Shown one piece after another: positions 1 to 11,733 of a stretch of 64,000 nucleotides of DNA. The stretch is taken from NCBI RefSeq assembly GCF_006345805.1, contig NC_043006.1, forward strand, positions 39,990,001-40,054,000, read 5' to 3'. The notes under the pieces are model-generated. The model saw nothing but the letters and a program-made list of their open reading frames with translations. It was not told the origin of the DNA and did not search any database. How positions within the stretch are numbered: the first letter of the stretch is position 1; each line of letters opens with the position of its first letter. The position numbers and the translations under genes were made by a program. This DNA comes from Octopus sinensis. Taxonomy: Eukaryota.

Positions 1-100
1 CGCGTGGAGCTTAGGTGTTTCGTTCATAAACACACACACCGCCCGGTCTGATATTCGAACCGCGAGTCCGCTGTTCTAACCACTAGGCCACGTACCTCCA
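1..100 (-). mobile_element. SINE family A 5' fragment (tRNA-derived head)
   Basis: Reverse complement reads TGGAGGTACGTGGCCTAGTGGTTAGAACAGCGGACTCGCGG...CAGACCGGGCG...AACACCTAAGCTCCACG, homologous to the heads at 3469, 10771 and 47935. Cut by the window edge. Confidence 0.8.
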
Positions 101-264
101 CATCTCATATATATATATATATATACAAAAAGAAAAAATAACAACTGGGAGATCTAACTTTAAACTGTTCAGTACATGGACAATATTTTCCATAGTGAAT
201 GCGAGGTTCAAATATTGTGATAGTCGTTATTGAGTTTCAGGCGTAGCTGTGAGGAGGTGCATTC

Positions 265-437
265 GTGGTTGTGTGATAAGAAGGTTGCTTCCCAATCACA
301 TAGTTCTGGGTTCAGTCCCCTGTGTGACACCTCGGGCAAGTGTCGCCTACTATAGCCTTGGGTCGACCAAACCCTTGTGAGTGGACTTAATAGACGAAAA
401 CTGAAAGACGCCTATCGCGCTCGGACGAGTGTGTGTG

Positions 438-470
<33 letters not shown>

Positions 471-729
471 CCTGCACCACCGCTTGACAACTGCTGCTGG
501 AGTGTTTACGTCCCTGTAACTTAGCAGCTCAGCAAAATAGACCGATAGAATAAATCCCAAGCTTAGAATAAAAATAAGGAAAGAGATCGATTCGCTAGAC
601 TAAAAGCTCTTCCAGGCATTGACCCATCGATAGAATAAGTACTAGACATACAAAGAATAAATCCTAAAGGCGGTGCCCCAGCATGGCCGTAGTCTAATGA
701 CTAAAACAAACAAAAAGATAAAAGATAAT
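265..729 (+). mobile_element. SINE family C (tRNA head, CORE-like CCTTGGGCAAGT segment, internal microsatellite, 3' domain)
   Basis: Same architecture as the best copy at 9759-10180: B-box-like GGTTCAGTCCC, CTCGGGCAAGTG, (TG)n, CGCTTGACAAC...GGCGGTGCCCCAGCATGGCCG tail. Confidence 0.85.
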
Positions 730-732
730 AAA

Positions 733-1205
733 GGAGTGGTTGTGTGGTAAGTACCTTGCTTTCCAACAACATGGTTCCAGGTTCAGTCTCACTGCGTGGC
801 ACCTCAGGCAAATGCCTTCTACTAAAGCCTCGGGCCGACCAAAGCCTTGTGAGTAGATTTGGTAGACGGAAACTGAAAAAAGCCCGTCGTCTATGTGTGT
901 GTGTCTCTGTGTGTATGCGTGTGTGTGTGTCTGTGTGTGCATGCGTGTGTGTGTGTCTCTGTGTGTATGCGTGTGTGTGTCTGTGTGCATGCGTGTGTGT
1001 GTGTGTCTGTGTTTGTCTCCTCCAGCATTGCTTGATAACAGATGCTTGTGTGTTTACGTCCCCGTAACTCAGCGGTTCGGCAAAAGTCACCGATTGAATA
1101 AGTACTAGACATACAAAGAATAAATCCAGGGGTCGATTTACTCGACTAAAGGCGGTGCTCCAGTATAGCCGCAGTCAAATGACTGAAACAAGCGAAAAGA
1201 TAACG
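733..1205 (+). mobile_element. SINE family C, directly tandem to the previous copy
   Basis: GGAGTGGTTGTGTGGTAAG head, GACGGAAACTGAAA, (TG)n, AAGGCGGTGCTCCAG...GACTGAAACAAG tail. Confidence 0.9.
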
Positions 1206-2298
1206 GATAATAAATGATAATAAACATTTTAAAAAGCTACAACTTCGATGCATTACTTCTTTAAAGTTCTGAGAGTATTCTTGTACACAAGAATTTAATA
1301 CGTATCCGGAATTCTTATGTAAAAATATCTTCTGTGTGTTTCGATGTGTTTCTTTTTCAAATATTAAATGGTAGTATCTTATCAGCAGCATACCTGATAA
1401 TAAATCTTTTACGGAGAAGATATATTCGAAGACAAGTAGTATCTCTATGCGTGTTTCTTTGAACTCGCTAACCATTTCTTTTGAAGTTGGTTTGATGCAA
1501 CTGCTTCTCATCATTTGGACATCCTTATTCTATTTCACATTCGGTACGTACCCATAGTAAATACACCCTTTCAAGAACAGAATCCCTTTGTAACTTTTCT
1601 GTTTACGTTTTAAATTTAAGCATCATCCGGAAGCATTTGAAACTGGACATCAATCGTATTGATCTTGATAGAATAGTAAAGCGCTATCAACGGCCTACGT
1701 TCGCTTCCTATCTTCCTCAGACCAACTAAAAACAAAATAGTTATAGCAGCAGCATCTATAGCTTCAAAAACAGCAGTTAACGGTTAACAGTCTTGGCCAA
1801 GTCATTAAATGTAGATAAATCACTAAAAACAACTCTATGTTGATTATCTCCCTTGTTATGCGAACTCTTTTCCTCTCACTCTTCTCTTCTCCCCTTTTTT
1901 CCCTCTCTCTTCTCTCCCTTTCACTCACTCTCTTGCGCATATTCTGGCATTTAAAAAAAGTATTACTACATCACCCATCAGGAAAATAGAATTATGCTTG
2001 ACCTTTAATGATTTATCGAAGTGATTTTCCGTAAGCCTTGTAGTTAAATGAAAAGTGCTATTTTCTATTATTCTATGAAATTAATCGATCATGCAGCTGT
2101 GAACCATGTCAAAGTCCCAAGTGCAATCCAATCTCCTTCAAATATCTTCCTTTATCGTTTCTAAAATGCTAACCACATATTCGAAGACATAAATCTCAAG
2201 ACATTTACTTACATCAGATACGAACTGGCAAAGACTAGTTTCTATCGATCAAACCTTAAATATCAACCGAACTTAATGATCTCAAGACTGCAATAACT

Positions 2299-2800
2299 GC
2301 TGTGTGGTTAAGAAGGTGAGAAGCTGCCTCGTGGTCATACATCTTCGGTTTTGATCTCACTACGTGGCACCATGGGCAAGAGTATTGTGTCACAGTCACT
2401 AGCGTAGCTGGGGCGGGGCCGTAGGGGCGGTCTGCCCCGGGCGGCACTTTTAAAGTGACACTACTGTTGAGTCTACTGTAGGCAATATGTGTTTTTTGTG
2501 GGATCCGGGAGCGGAAAACGGAAGGGCCGCCACGGGTGGTCCATACTCTAGCTACGCTAGTGTTTACAGTCTTGGGTTAATCAATGACTTGTAAGTGGAG
2601 TTTGGCAGGCGGAAACTTCATGGGAAATCATTTTAAGTATATCTGTGCTTGTAGGTGTGTATATGTGTGAGTATGTGTGTGCGTGTGTATGTGTGTGCGT
2701 GTGTATGTGTGTGCGTGTGTATGTGGGTGCGTGTTATACGAGGGCTTCTTTCTGTTTACGTCTATCAAATTCACTAACAAGGTTTTGGTCGGCCCCGAGA
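2299..2800. mobile_element. SINE family C 5' half (+) interrupted by a hAT MITE, then (TG)n, then an inverted family C 5'-half fragment (-)
   Basis: GCTGTGTGGTTAAGAAGG...CATGGGCAAG on +; GGGCTTCTTTCTGTTTACGTCTATCAAATTCACTAACAAGG at about 2740-2790 is the reverse complement of the same domain. Confidence 0.75.
2397..2562. mobile_element. hAT-type MITE
   Basis: Perfect 13-bp TIRs CACTAGCGTAGCT / AGCTACGCTAGTG. 8-bp flanks GTCACAGT / TTTACAGT match at 6 of 8 positions, consistent with an aged hAT TSD. Related copy at 25367-25540. Confidence 0.75.
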
Positions 2801-3124
2801 GAAACAGTCCAAACGATCATTGGTATTCCGTCCGAACGCTTCAAGCGTCATTTCCATAAACCGAACGAATAATTCTTGTCGCTTCTATTGCTGACGCTCC
2901 CTTCTGAATTCATCTAGTTTGCAGTGTCTGATATGAGTCTGATCTAAACCCTAATCAAAATATGAATTTAATTACTATGAATTTAATCTACAAAGAAAGG
3001 GAAAAGAGCATTAAAATATAAAAATTAATTGAAACAATACCCCAAAAAATGCTCATGCCAAGAATGCGAAGACCTAATTTTCATCCTAATGTTTTTAAAT
3101 AGAATTTGCAATATAACTAAAGAG

Positions 3125-3345
3125 AAGGCGGCGAGCTGGCAGAATCGTGAGCACACCGGACAAAACGCTTAACTGTATTTCGTCCGTCTTTTCATTCTGA
3201 GTTCGAATTCCGCTATGGTCGACTTTTCTTTCTTTCGGAGTCGATAAAATAAGTAGCAGTTAAGCATTGGGGGTCGATATAATCGACTTACCCCTTCCTC
3301 TGAAGTCGCTGGTCTTGTGCCAAGATTTAAAACCAAATATAATTC
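3125..3345 (+). mobile_element. SINE family D (tRNA head, GTCGAC-rich central domain resembling Meta-type SINE domains)
   Basis: GGCGGCGAGCTGGCAGAATCG head, B-box GAGTTCGAATTCC, GTCGATAAAATAAGTA core; at least 10 relatives in the window. Confidence 0.85.
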
Positions 3346-3468
3346 CAAACAAGTAGTGAAAGGAGTTAAACTCAGGAATTGAAACCTGGCATAGATTCAA
3401 CTTGCTTGTGAGAAAATTTCTCTTGTTCTCCACAGCACCCAACGAAATCTTAGCTTTGTATTGGAATA

Positions 3469-3852
3469 TGGAGACGCAATGGCCCAGTAGTTAGGGCAAC
3501 GGACTCGCGGTCGTAGGATTGCGGTTTCGATTTCCAGACCGGGCGTTTTGAGTGTTTATTGAGCGAAAACACCTAAAGCTCAACGAGGCTCCGGCAGGGG
3601 GTGGTGATGAACGCTGCTGTACTTTTTCACCACAACTTTCTCTCACTCTTTCTTTCTTTCACCTTTGTACATGTATCTCAAAGTGGCCAGCCTTGTCACA
3701 CACTGTGTCACACGGAATCTCCGGCCGAGATCTACGTTAAGGGTACACATGTCTGTGGAATGCTCAGCCACATGCACGTTGATTTCACAAACAGGGTGTT
3801 CCGCTGATTGGATCAACTGGAACTCTTGTCGTCGTAACCGACGGAGTGCCGT
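3469..3852 (+). mobile_element. SINE family A, full length, with RTE-like 3' tail
   Basis: GGAGACGCAATGGCCCAGTAGTTAGGG (A-box), GGTTTCGATTTCC (B-box), tail ending GTCGTCGTAACCGACGGAGTGCC. Inverted relative at 60908-61291. Confidence 0.9.
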
Positions 3853-4055
3853 CAGTTATCGAGGCAATCAAAATATGCCTCGACAACTGAAGAGATGCCA
3901 GTGCAGGTTTCCGCCCCGACAACCGAAACTCGGAGTTTTATTATGGCAACCGAATAATTGTCACATATATTACAGATAACTCCCTCTGTTTACATAATAT
4001 CGAGGTGTCTTTCATTCTTTTGTTGTCTTACCATTACAATTAATATATATATATA

Positions 4056-4273
4056 CAACTTTCTCTCACTCTTTCTTCATGTTTCTGTTGTACCTGTATT
4101 TCAAAGGGACCAGCCTTGTCACACTCTGTATCACACTGAATCTCCCCGAGAACTACGTAAATGGCACACGTGTCTGTGGAGTGCTCAGCCACTTGCACGT
4201 TAATTTCACGAGCAGGCTGTTCCGTTGATCGAATCAACAGGAACCCTCGTCGTCGTAACCGACGGAGTGTCAC
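4056..4273 (+). mobile_element. SINE family A, 5'-truncated, RTE-like tail
   Basis: CAACTTTCTCTCACTCTTTC...CCCTCGTCGTCGTAACCGACGGAGTGTCAC. Confidence 0.9.
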
Positions 4274-4954
4274 GATATTGGAATAACTGGTCTTTGTAGA
4301 TTTTTTTTTCTTCTTCTTTTAATCGGTGACTAATAAATCTATCTTTCAATGCTTCCGGTTCATGAACATTTCTGGAAAAAAATCAATCAATAAATAAATA
4401 AAAATTTAAAAGCAGGCAACAACTATACCGACCAATAAAATATCAAACATCATATAATACGATAAGTTCTGAGAGATATCAGCTTCCATCAAACAAACAT
4501 TATCCCTTATTCAATATAGATTCCCATACATTTTTTCTTCCAAGAACGCAAGTATAATGACGTCATTGCTGTTTTATTTATTCCTTGTTGGTTCACAGCA
4601 GTTCATTCCATAGTTTCTAAAGAAGTCTAATCTTAGAAATGAAAGGAGAGAAAAAAGAAAAACACCAACCCAAATTCCATAACAACACACTACACACTAC
4701 GCCACAACGCATCACACCACACAGCACAACACTACGCGAAAGTACATCATACCGTTATACTACAACCACACCACAACAAGCACACGCCGCAACACCGCAA
4801 CAAACACCACACAACTCCACAAGCAACAAAGACTGCGCAAATTCTTGTTTCACTTGTAATGAATATAAAATATTTTCACTTTCGAACAAAACAAATTATC
4901 TTTCACTCATTCAGTTTCTTCCGCAGACCCCCCTCCCCCTCCCTTTCTCTCTCA

Positions 4955-4988
<34 letters not shown>

Positions 4989-5124
4989 GCCTGCTTCGAG
5001 TCTTTCTTTCTCGTTCAGATAAACCCGGCTTTATTTATTAGTAATAAATATTCATATAAAGAAAGCACTGTTTGCTCTCTGTGTATGCATAGAGAGTAAA
5101 TAAATAAATACGCCCCAGTGTATG

Positions 5125-6057
5125 AGAAAAACATCATCTTCATCATCATCATCATCACCGCCATCATCGTCATCGTCGTCGTCATCATCATTATCATCAT
5201 CATCATTATTATCATCATCAGCATCATCATCGTCAGCATCAACATCATCATCATCATCATCATCGTTTTCATCATCACCATCAACATCATCGTCGTCGTC
5301 ATCATGATCATCATGATCATCATCATGATCATGATCATCATCTTCATTATCATCATCATTATCACCATCATCATCATCATCGTCGTCGTCATCATCACCA
5401 TCATCATCGTCATCATCATCATCACCATCATCATCGTCATCATCATCATCATCATCATCACCATCATCATCATCAACACCATTATCATCATCATCATCAT
5501 AATTATCGTCGTCCTTATCACCACCGTTTTCATCATCACTACAATCATCGTAAACATCGTCACCACCATTACTGTCCCCACCATCACCATCATAACCCCC
5601 ACCACCACCACCATCATCATTCCAACGACTATCACTACCACCACCTCTACCACCACTACCACTACAACCATCATAAACACCATCATCATCATTCCAACAG
5701 CTACCACCATCACCACCATCATCATAATCGCCATCATCATTCCAACAGCTACCGTCACCATCACCACTATCTCCACTACCACCACCACCACCACTACTAC
5801 TACAACCATCATAATCACCATCATCATCATTCAACCGCTACCACCATCACCATCACCACTATCTCACCACCATCACCACCACCACCACCATCACCACCAT
5901 CACCACCACCACTACCATCACCACCATCTCTACCACCTCCACCATCATCATAATCGCCATCATTATTTCAACCGCTACCACCACCACCACCATCTCCACT
6001 ACCACCACCACACCATCTCCTCCACCACCACCACCACCACCACCACCGCAACTACCA
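5125..6057. repeat. Degenerate trinucleotide microsatellite grading from (CAT)n to (CAC)n
   Basis: Visible directly; explains the poly-D/M/I/S/H ORFs in several frames on both strands. Confidence 0.95.
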
Positions 6058-6444
6058 AACTTGATTGATTGCTGACGTTGTCAAACGTGGTACTATAGTT
6101 GAGAAAATAGGTTTGAATTACAGCTCTTATACTATGTTTTTTCTATTTTATTTATCCATTTGTAATTTTTCCTCCCGGTTTATATAAAACTAAAACGTTA
6201 GTCAACAACGATTGAAAGATAGAAATTTAGAGATTTTTGAGGTTTTTTCTTTGTTTATTCTTTTTCTTTTTTCTTTTTTTTTTTCAAAAACCTTCTTTCT
6301 AAAGGTCGTTATTGAAATATATTTCGCTAACAAATAAACAATTCTCAAGCATTAACCCTAATCTAACCACAAAGCGACGTTAGAGAAAACCCAGTTCAGA
6401 AACATATACAGAGTTGTCTCCCGTAACTGACTTTTATTTCTTGG

Positions 6445-6625
6445 ATCCTTTGCTTCTTTCAGTCATTGGACTGTGGTCCCAGTGCTTGTTTTGATTTGTT
6501 TTTGTTGTTGTTTGTGTGTGTTTTATTGTATAAGCCTGGTACTTCTTCCATTGGGATATTTTTGCCGAACCTCTTCTTTACGGGGACATAAACAAACCAA
6601 CGCCGATTGTCAAGCCATTTGAGAG
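6445..6625 (-). mobile_element. SINE family C 3' fragment, decayed
   Basis: TTTCAGTCATTGGACTGTGG...TTTTGCCGAACC...ACGGGGACATAAACAAACCAACGCCGATTGTCAAGC. Confidence 0.7.
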
Positions 6626-6692
6626 AGTGACAAACTCAGATACACACACGCACATGTATATGTATGGATGTGTATATATCTATATCTGTGTG

Positions 6693-6694
<2 letters not shown>

Positions 6695-6748
<54 letters not shown>

Positions 6749-6751
6749 TAG

Positions 6752-6790
<39 letters not shown>

Positions 6791-6792
6791 CT
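6695..6792. repeat. (GATA)n/(GA)n compound microsatellite
   Basis: Visible directly. Confidence 0.95.
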
Positions 6793-6799
6793 ATAGACA

Positions 6800-6960
6800 T
6801 TTTACTGCGGCCATGCTGGAGCACCGCCTTTAGTCGAGCAAATCTACCCCAGGACTTGTTCTTTGAAAGCCTAGTACTTATTCTATTGGTCTCTTTTGCC
6901 GACACGCTAATTAACGGGGGTGTAAACACACCAACATCGGATGTCAAGACGCACAAACAT

Positions 6961-6997
<37 letters not shown>

Positions 6998-7140
6998 CAT
7001 GGGCTTCTTTCAGTTTCCGTCTGCCAAATGGTCGGCCCGAGGCTATATTAGAAGACACTTACGCAAGGTGCCACGCAGTGCGACTGAGCTCGGAATTATG
7101 TGGTTGGTAAGCAAGCTACTTACCACACTGGCACTCCTTC
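6800..7140 (-). mobile_element. SINE family C
   Basis: CTGCGGCCATGCTGGAGCACCGCC through GCAAGCTACTTACCACAC, with internal (CA)n(TA)n. Confidence 0.9.
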
Positions 7141-7253
7141 ACCTATATAGTTATATATAGTTATATACACACGCACGCGCACACATGCGCACAGATATAG
7201 AAATATACATATATCCATACGCACACACACACACACACATATATACATATATC

Positions 7254-7309
<56 letters not shown>

Positions 7310-7870
7310 GATATACGATGGACAAATATCTTCCTTTGTTGTTCATAAAATGCTTGAGCCGACACTATGGCGAATCTAAACTGTTGAGTTATGCAAAAGC
7401 ATGATGTTCAAAGAAAGATAACGTTTGCATGTTATTTAAGAATCACAATGGATATTCCAGGTTTTGTTTCTTGTGTATAAACTAGCGAGGATAGAGTAAG
7501 ATACACTTTGTGGAATTAACTAAAAAATTATTTCATTATTTTCCATCTGCGAACATCAGATTTAATGTTAGCAATGTTAAAGAGATAGAGCCACGTGTTA
7601 AAGACATCTTCGTACGGGAATTCATTTTGTCGTAGTTTTCGAAGATGATGTTGTTTAACCTCCAACTCATTCTCAACAGATTACACATATGACCATCTGT
7701 ACTTTCTCTCATATGAACATCTGTGTATTTAGATTTACATCATAGATTTTTAAATGATGTAGTGTATGATGCGAAGGAGATTTAGTTTGCTATCTCCCGC
7801 AGATTAAACTATCACGCATATCCACTAGAGATAGTGTTTCGTAGTAATGATGTCTGTCTTGTTTGTTTTT

Positions 7871-7916
7871 AGCACAACGTTTCGGCTGATATACCCTCCA
7901 GCCTTCATCAGGTATC
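7871..7916 (-). ncRNA. Minimal type I hammerhead-ribozyme-like motif in PLE pLTR
   Basis: Reverse complement: GATAC CTGATGA A GGCTG-GAGGGTATAT-CAGCC GAAAC GTT GTGCT. Core and stem II intact; stem I imperfect. Confidence 0.65.
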
Positions 7917-8199
7917 TTTCATCGGGTATTTTTCGATGTTGTTGTTGGAATCGAAATCGGAATCTTGGGGTTAGTAGCCCACGCTCTTAACAACTATGGA
8001 TTGATTTTTAGGGCTTATAAATCTAATATTCTCCTGCCGATTCCTATATGTCATTCATATCTGCACTCTGTCTACTTAGGAGGTTGTTGTGTCCTTGTAT
8101 ATGTGCTGCTTTTTTTAGTTTACGCATTTTCTAGTGGCGTTCTCTGTCTATTAATTTAAATTCATCCCACAGGGGGATGTGGTCTCCATTTTCCCCTAA

Positions 8200-8245
8200 G
8201 ACACCTGATGAAGGCTGGAGGGTATATCAGTCGAAACGTTGTGTT
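8200..8245 (+). ncRNA. Minimal type I hammerhead-ribozyme-like motif in the inverted PLE pLTR
   Basis: GACAC CTGATGA(8205-8211) A GGCTG-loop-CAGTC GAAAC(8233-8237) GTT GTGTT. Stem I GACAC/GTGTT, stem II 5 bp with one G-U, palindromic AACGTT in place of stem III. Confidence 0.7.
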
Positions 8246-8554
8246 AAAAACAAACAAGATGAGAACAAATATACGTCAAATATAAATAATATAAATAAGT
8301 CCTCATCTCTTAAATATAGAACTATATTATCTGGGACTTAATGTTTCAGCCATTTCATTGCGCATTCTTGTATATCTAGAACTAAACTGTCCAAGTGTCC
8401 TCTCGGACGTATATGAAGATCCCAATCCTATCGTTCCTGTTTAATCGCGCTTTAGCCTAGTGAAGTTAGGGATAACATATTTAACACAGGACACATTAAA
8501 AAGCTAAATGAAGATAAGTGTGATGGGAAGAAAAAACAAACAATATTCTTTTCG

Positions 8555-8680
8555 CCCCAAGGCACAAGGCTCAAAATTTTGTGGAAGGGGGCCAGTCAAT
8601 TTTATCGACTCCAGTACGCAACTGGGACTTGATTTATCGACCTCGAAAGGATGAAAGGTAAAGTCAACCTCGGCAGAAAT
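8555..8680 (-). mobile_element. SINE family D, 5'-truncated
   Basis: TTTATCGACCTCGAAAGGATGAAAGGTAAAGTCAACCTCGGCAGAA. Confidence 0.8.
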
Positions 8681-8711
8681 AAAAGAAACAATATTAGGCA
8701 ATAACTAATAC

Positions 8712-9117
8712 TCTTTACTCTTTTACTTACTTGTTTCAGTCATTTGATTGCGGCCTTGCTGAAGCACCGCCTTTGATCGAGCAAATCGACCTCAGGACTT
8801 ATTCTTTGTGAGCCTAGTACTTATTCTATCGGTCGCTTTTGCCGAACCGCTAAGTTACGGGGACGTAAACACACCAGCATCTGTTGACAAGCGATGTTGG
8901 GGGACAAACACAGACACACAAACACACACACACACACGCACATACATATATATATATACGTATATACGACAGGCTTCTTTCAGTTTCCGTCTACCAAATC
9001 CACTCACAAGGCTTTGGTCAGCCCGAAGCTATCGTTGAAGACACTTGCCCAAGGTGCCACGCAGTGGGACAGAACCCAGAACCATGTGGTTGGTAAGCAA
9101 GCTACTTACCACACAGC
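8712..9117 (-). mobile_element. SINE family C, near full length
   Basis: Reverse complement aligns end to end with 9759-10180 at roughly 90% identity by eye. Confidence 0.92.
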
Positions 9118-9334
9118 TTTTTTAGTCCTTTTTTGACAAGCACGGATAGTAACTCCATGTTGTCTGCAATAAATGTACAGATTGAATGGTATAGAAGAAG
9201 GGCAGACAAATATTTTGGAAGAGGGGACATTTGGAAATGTTTTCTATGTGTTGTGGACAAAGTTTTTCAAAAAATGAAACCCTGGTCATACAAAGTTATA
9301 GAAAGGGCTAGTTTTCTTTTGATCTTTTGCCTTC

Positions 9335-9706
9335 TACGTATTGCAGCCATTCGATTGCGGCCAAGCTGTGGCACCGCTTCGAAGGGCTTAGTCGAACAAA
9401 TCGACCTCACTTATTACTTATAAGTTTGGTATTTATTCTATCGTTCTTTCAAACCGAAACGCTAAGTTACAGGGACGTAAAAAGGACAACACGGATCGTC
9501 AAACGGTGGAAGCGGGACGAACACAGACAAAGAAACACGTACATATATGACTGACTTCCATACAGTTTCCGTCGACAAAATCCATACACGAGGATTTGGT
9601 CAGCCCGATGCTATAGTAAAAGACACTTGCCCAAAGTGCCACACAGTGGGACTGAACCCGAACCACATTGTTGTAAAAACTAGCTTCGTAACCACACTGC
9701 CATGCT
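9335..9706 (-). mobile_element. SINE family C, more diverged
   Basis: GATTGCGGCCAAGCTGTGGCACCGC...CACTTGCCCAAAGTGCCACACAGTGGGACTGAACCCG. Confidence 0.85.
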
Positions 9707-9758
9707 TGTTTCTTTAATTTCCGAAACATCACTTGCTGTTATTAAAAAATCATTATAT

Positions 9759-10180
9759 AGGCGCAGGAGTGGCTGTGTGGTAAGTAGCTTGCTAACCAAC
9801 CACATGGTTCCGGGTTCAGTCCCACTGCGTGGCATCTTGGGCAAGTGTCTTCTGCTATAGCCCCGGGCCGACCAATGCCTTGTGAGTGGATTTGGTAGAC
9901 GGAAACTGAAAGAAGCCTGTCGTATATATGTATATATATATATAAGTGTGTGTGTATATGTTTGTGTGTCTGTGTTTGTCCCCCTAGCATTGCTTGACAA
10001 CCGATGCTGGTGTGTTTACGTCCCCGTCACTTAGCGGTTCGGCAAAAGAGACCGATAGAATAAGTACTGGGCTTACAAAGAATAAGTACCGGGGTCGATT
10101 TGCTCGACTAAAGGCGGTGCTCCAGCATGGCCGCAGTCAACTGACTGAAACAAGTAAAAGAGTAAAAGAGTAAAAGAGTA
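9759..10180 (+). mobile_element. SINE family C, full length and young-looking
   Basis: AGGCGCAGGAGTGGCTGTGTGGTAAG head, GGTTCAGTCCC B-box, CTTGGGCAAGT CORE-like motif, (TA)n(TG)n, tail ending (GTAAAAGA)n. Confidence 0.95.
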
Positions 10181-10467
10181 TTTAATGATGTAAAAAAAAA
10201 ATCGCTATTTTTCATGGATGATTTTTTTTTTTTTTCTCTGAGTGAAACTGAATCAGTACGATTGTAACTTCCGGACAGATGCAACAGCAGCAGCAGCAGC
10301 GGCAGCAGCAGCAGCGGCAGCAGCAGCAGCGGCAGCAGCCAGTTTAATTGCTTTCGTTAACAGACAAGTAAACATTTTTTTGTCACTACTGCTTTTCGAT
10401 TATTTATGTAATCTATATTACGACAACGTATGAGACACTGTTAGTCTCTGTCACCCCATTCACTTAC

Positions 10468-10502
10468 AAAGGTGAAAACATTTACTTCTTGGAATATCAC
10501 AC
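10468..10502 (-). CDS. Weak candidate internal exon (35 nt)
   Basis: Minus strand gttgtttccccAG|GTGTGATATTCC...CACCTTT|GTAAGT; open as GVIFQEVNVFTF or RCDIPRSKCFHL. Splice signals only, no homology evidence. Confidence 0.2.
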
Positions 10503-10770
10503 CTGGGGAAACAACCATTATTTTTTTTTTTACCGAGTAATTTCAGTGACTTTTTTTTTCCTTTTTTAATATAAAACATTAACTCATTAGAAATCGCTAC
10601 AAAAATTAATAGGTTTTTTTTTTTCTATTTTCGAAATTGAATTTTTAATGTTCGCTAACCAAAGAGTGACAAAAATAAAATAATATAACATTAAAAAAAA
10701 TAAAAACCAGACGCTATTCTTTCGAAACTGATGGAAATCTACACAAATACATGGTGTAATTTCAGTCATT

Positions 10771-11075
10771 GGAGGCGCAATGGCCCAGTGATTAGAGCAG
10801 CGGACTCGCGGTCGGAGGATCGCGGTTTCGATTCCCAGACCAGGCGTTGTGTGTGTTTATTGAGCGAAAACATCTAAAGCTTCACGAGGCTCCAGCAGTG
10901 GGGTGGCGACCTCTGTTGTACTCTTTCGCCCCAACTTTCTCTCACTCTTTCTTCATGTTTCTTGAGTAACGCTGAGATGGACTGGCGTCCCGTTCAGCTG
11001 GGGGAAACACATACGCCATAGAAACCGGGAAACCGGGCCCATGAGCTTGCCTAGGCTTGAAAAGGGCGCATAAAT
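10771..11075 (+). mobile_element. SINE family A with a second tail type
   Basis: Same head and centre as 3469, but continues CTTGAGTAACGCTGAGATGGACTGGCGTCCCGTTCAGCTGGGG...GAAACCGGGAAACCGGGCCC instead of the RTE-like tail. Confidence 0.85.
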
Positions 11076-11449
11076 ATTTTTTTAAAAATTCAGTTATTAG
11101 CTCGTAATATGAGTTGGCGCAAACCTTAGCTGTTGAAACCGAGGCCTTTGCAGAGTATCTTGACGATCGTTAGACTTGCTGAAAATAACAGAGGAATATC
11201 ATTTCTGGAGAATAGCATTGCTATATATGTAAGCAGTGTCAGGTATTTAATAAATTAACGAGCCAGATTTGGTCCGCGGGCGGCAGTTTGCTGATCCTAT
11301 GGATGTAGTGAAATAGAAGTATTCGGCGAGTAAATAACTATGAGACGTCTTGTACATGATAAACGATAGTTAAGTTAGCGTTTAGCAAATTGGACAGAAA
11401 TATAGTGTGAAATTTAAAAAAAAAAAAAAGAAATCGATATTATTCTTTT

Positions 11450-11661
11450 TTTCTTTTATTTGTTTCAGTCATCTGACTGCGGCCTTGCTGTAGCAACACA
11501 TTTAGTTGAAGAAATCGACCCCTGGATTTATTCTTTGTAAGCCTAGTACTTATTCTATCGGGCTTTTTTGCCGAACCGCTAAGTTACGGGGGCGTAAACA
11601 CACCGACATCGGTTGTCAAGCTATTTGTGGGGGGGACAAACAGATACACAAACACACACAC

Positions 11662-11733
<72 letters not shown>

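Larger units (their letters stand above)
7857..8330 (-). mobile_element. Penelope-like element 3' end: GIY-YIG C-terminal relic flanked by an inverted pLTR pair
   Basis: Minus strand 8190-8042 translates NGDHIPLWDEFKLIDRERH*KMRKLKKAAHIQGHNNLLSRQSADMNDI*E, matching the PLE endonuclease C-terminal pattern (both stops at expected Trp positions). About 60-bp inverted repeats at 7857-7917 and 8199-8259. Confidence 0.8.

Noticed and set aside
1146-1514. 122-aa minus-strand ORF in non-repetitive DNA
   Set aside because: No recognisable domain; runs into a SINE tail; length compatible with chance.
3469-3545. tRNA-like sequences at SINE 5' ends
   Set aside because: A/B boxes are present but there is no complete cloverleaf, and each continues into a SINE body; not tRNA genes.
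5015-6068. Long Asp-, Met-, Ile- and His-rich ORFs (260-316 aa)
   Set aside because: Open in several frames on both strands only because (CAT)n/(CAC)n has few stops; no unique coding flanks.
10242-10433. Poly-Ala ORF from (GCA)n with GCG interruptions
   Set aside because: Short trinucleotide repeat with no start or splice context and no recognisable protein.
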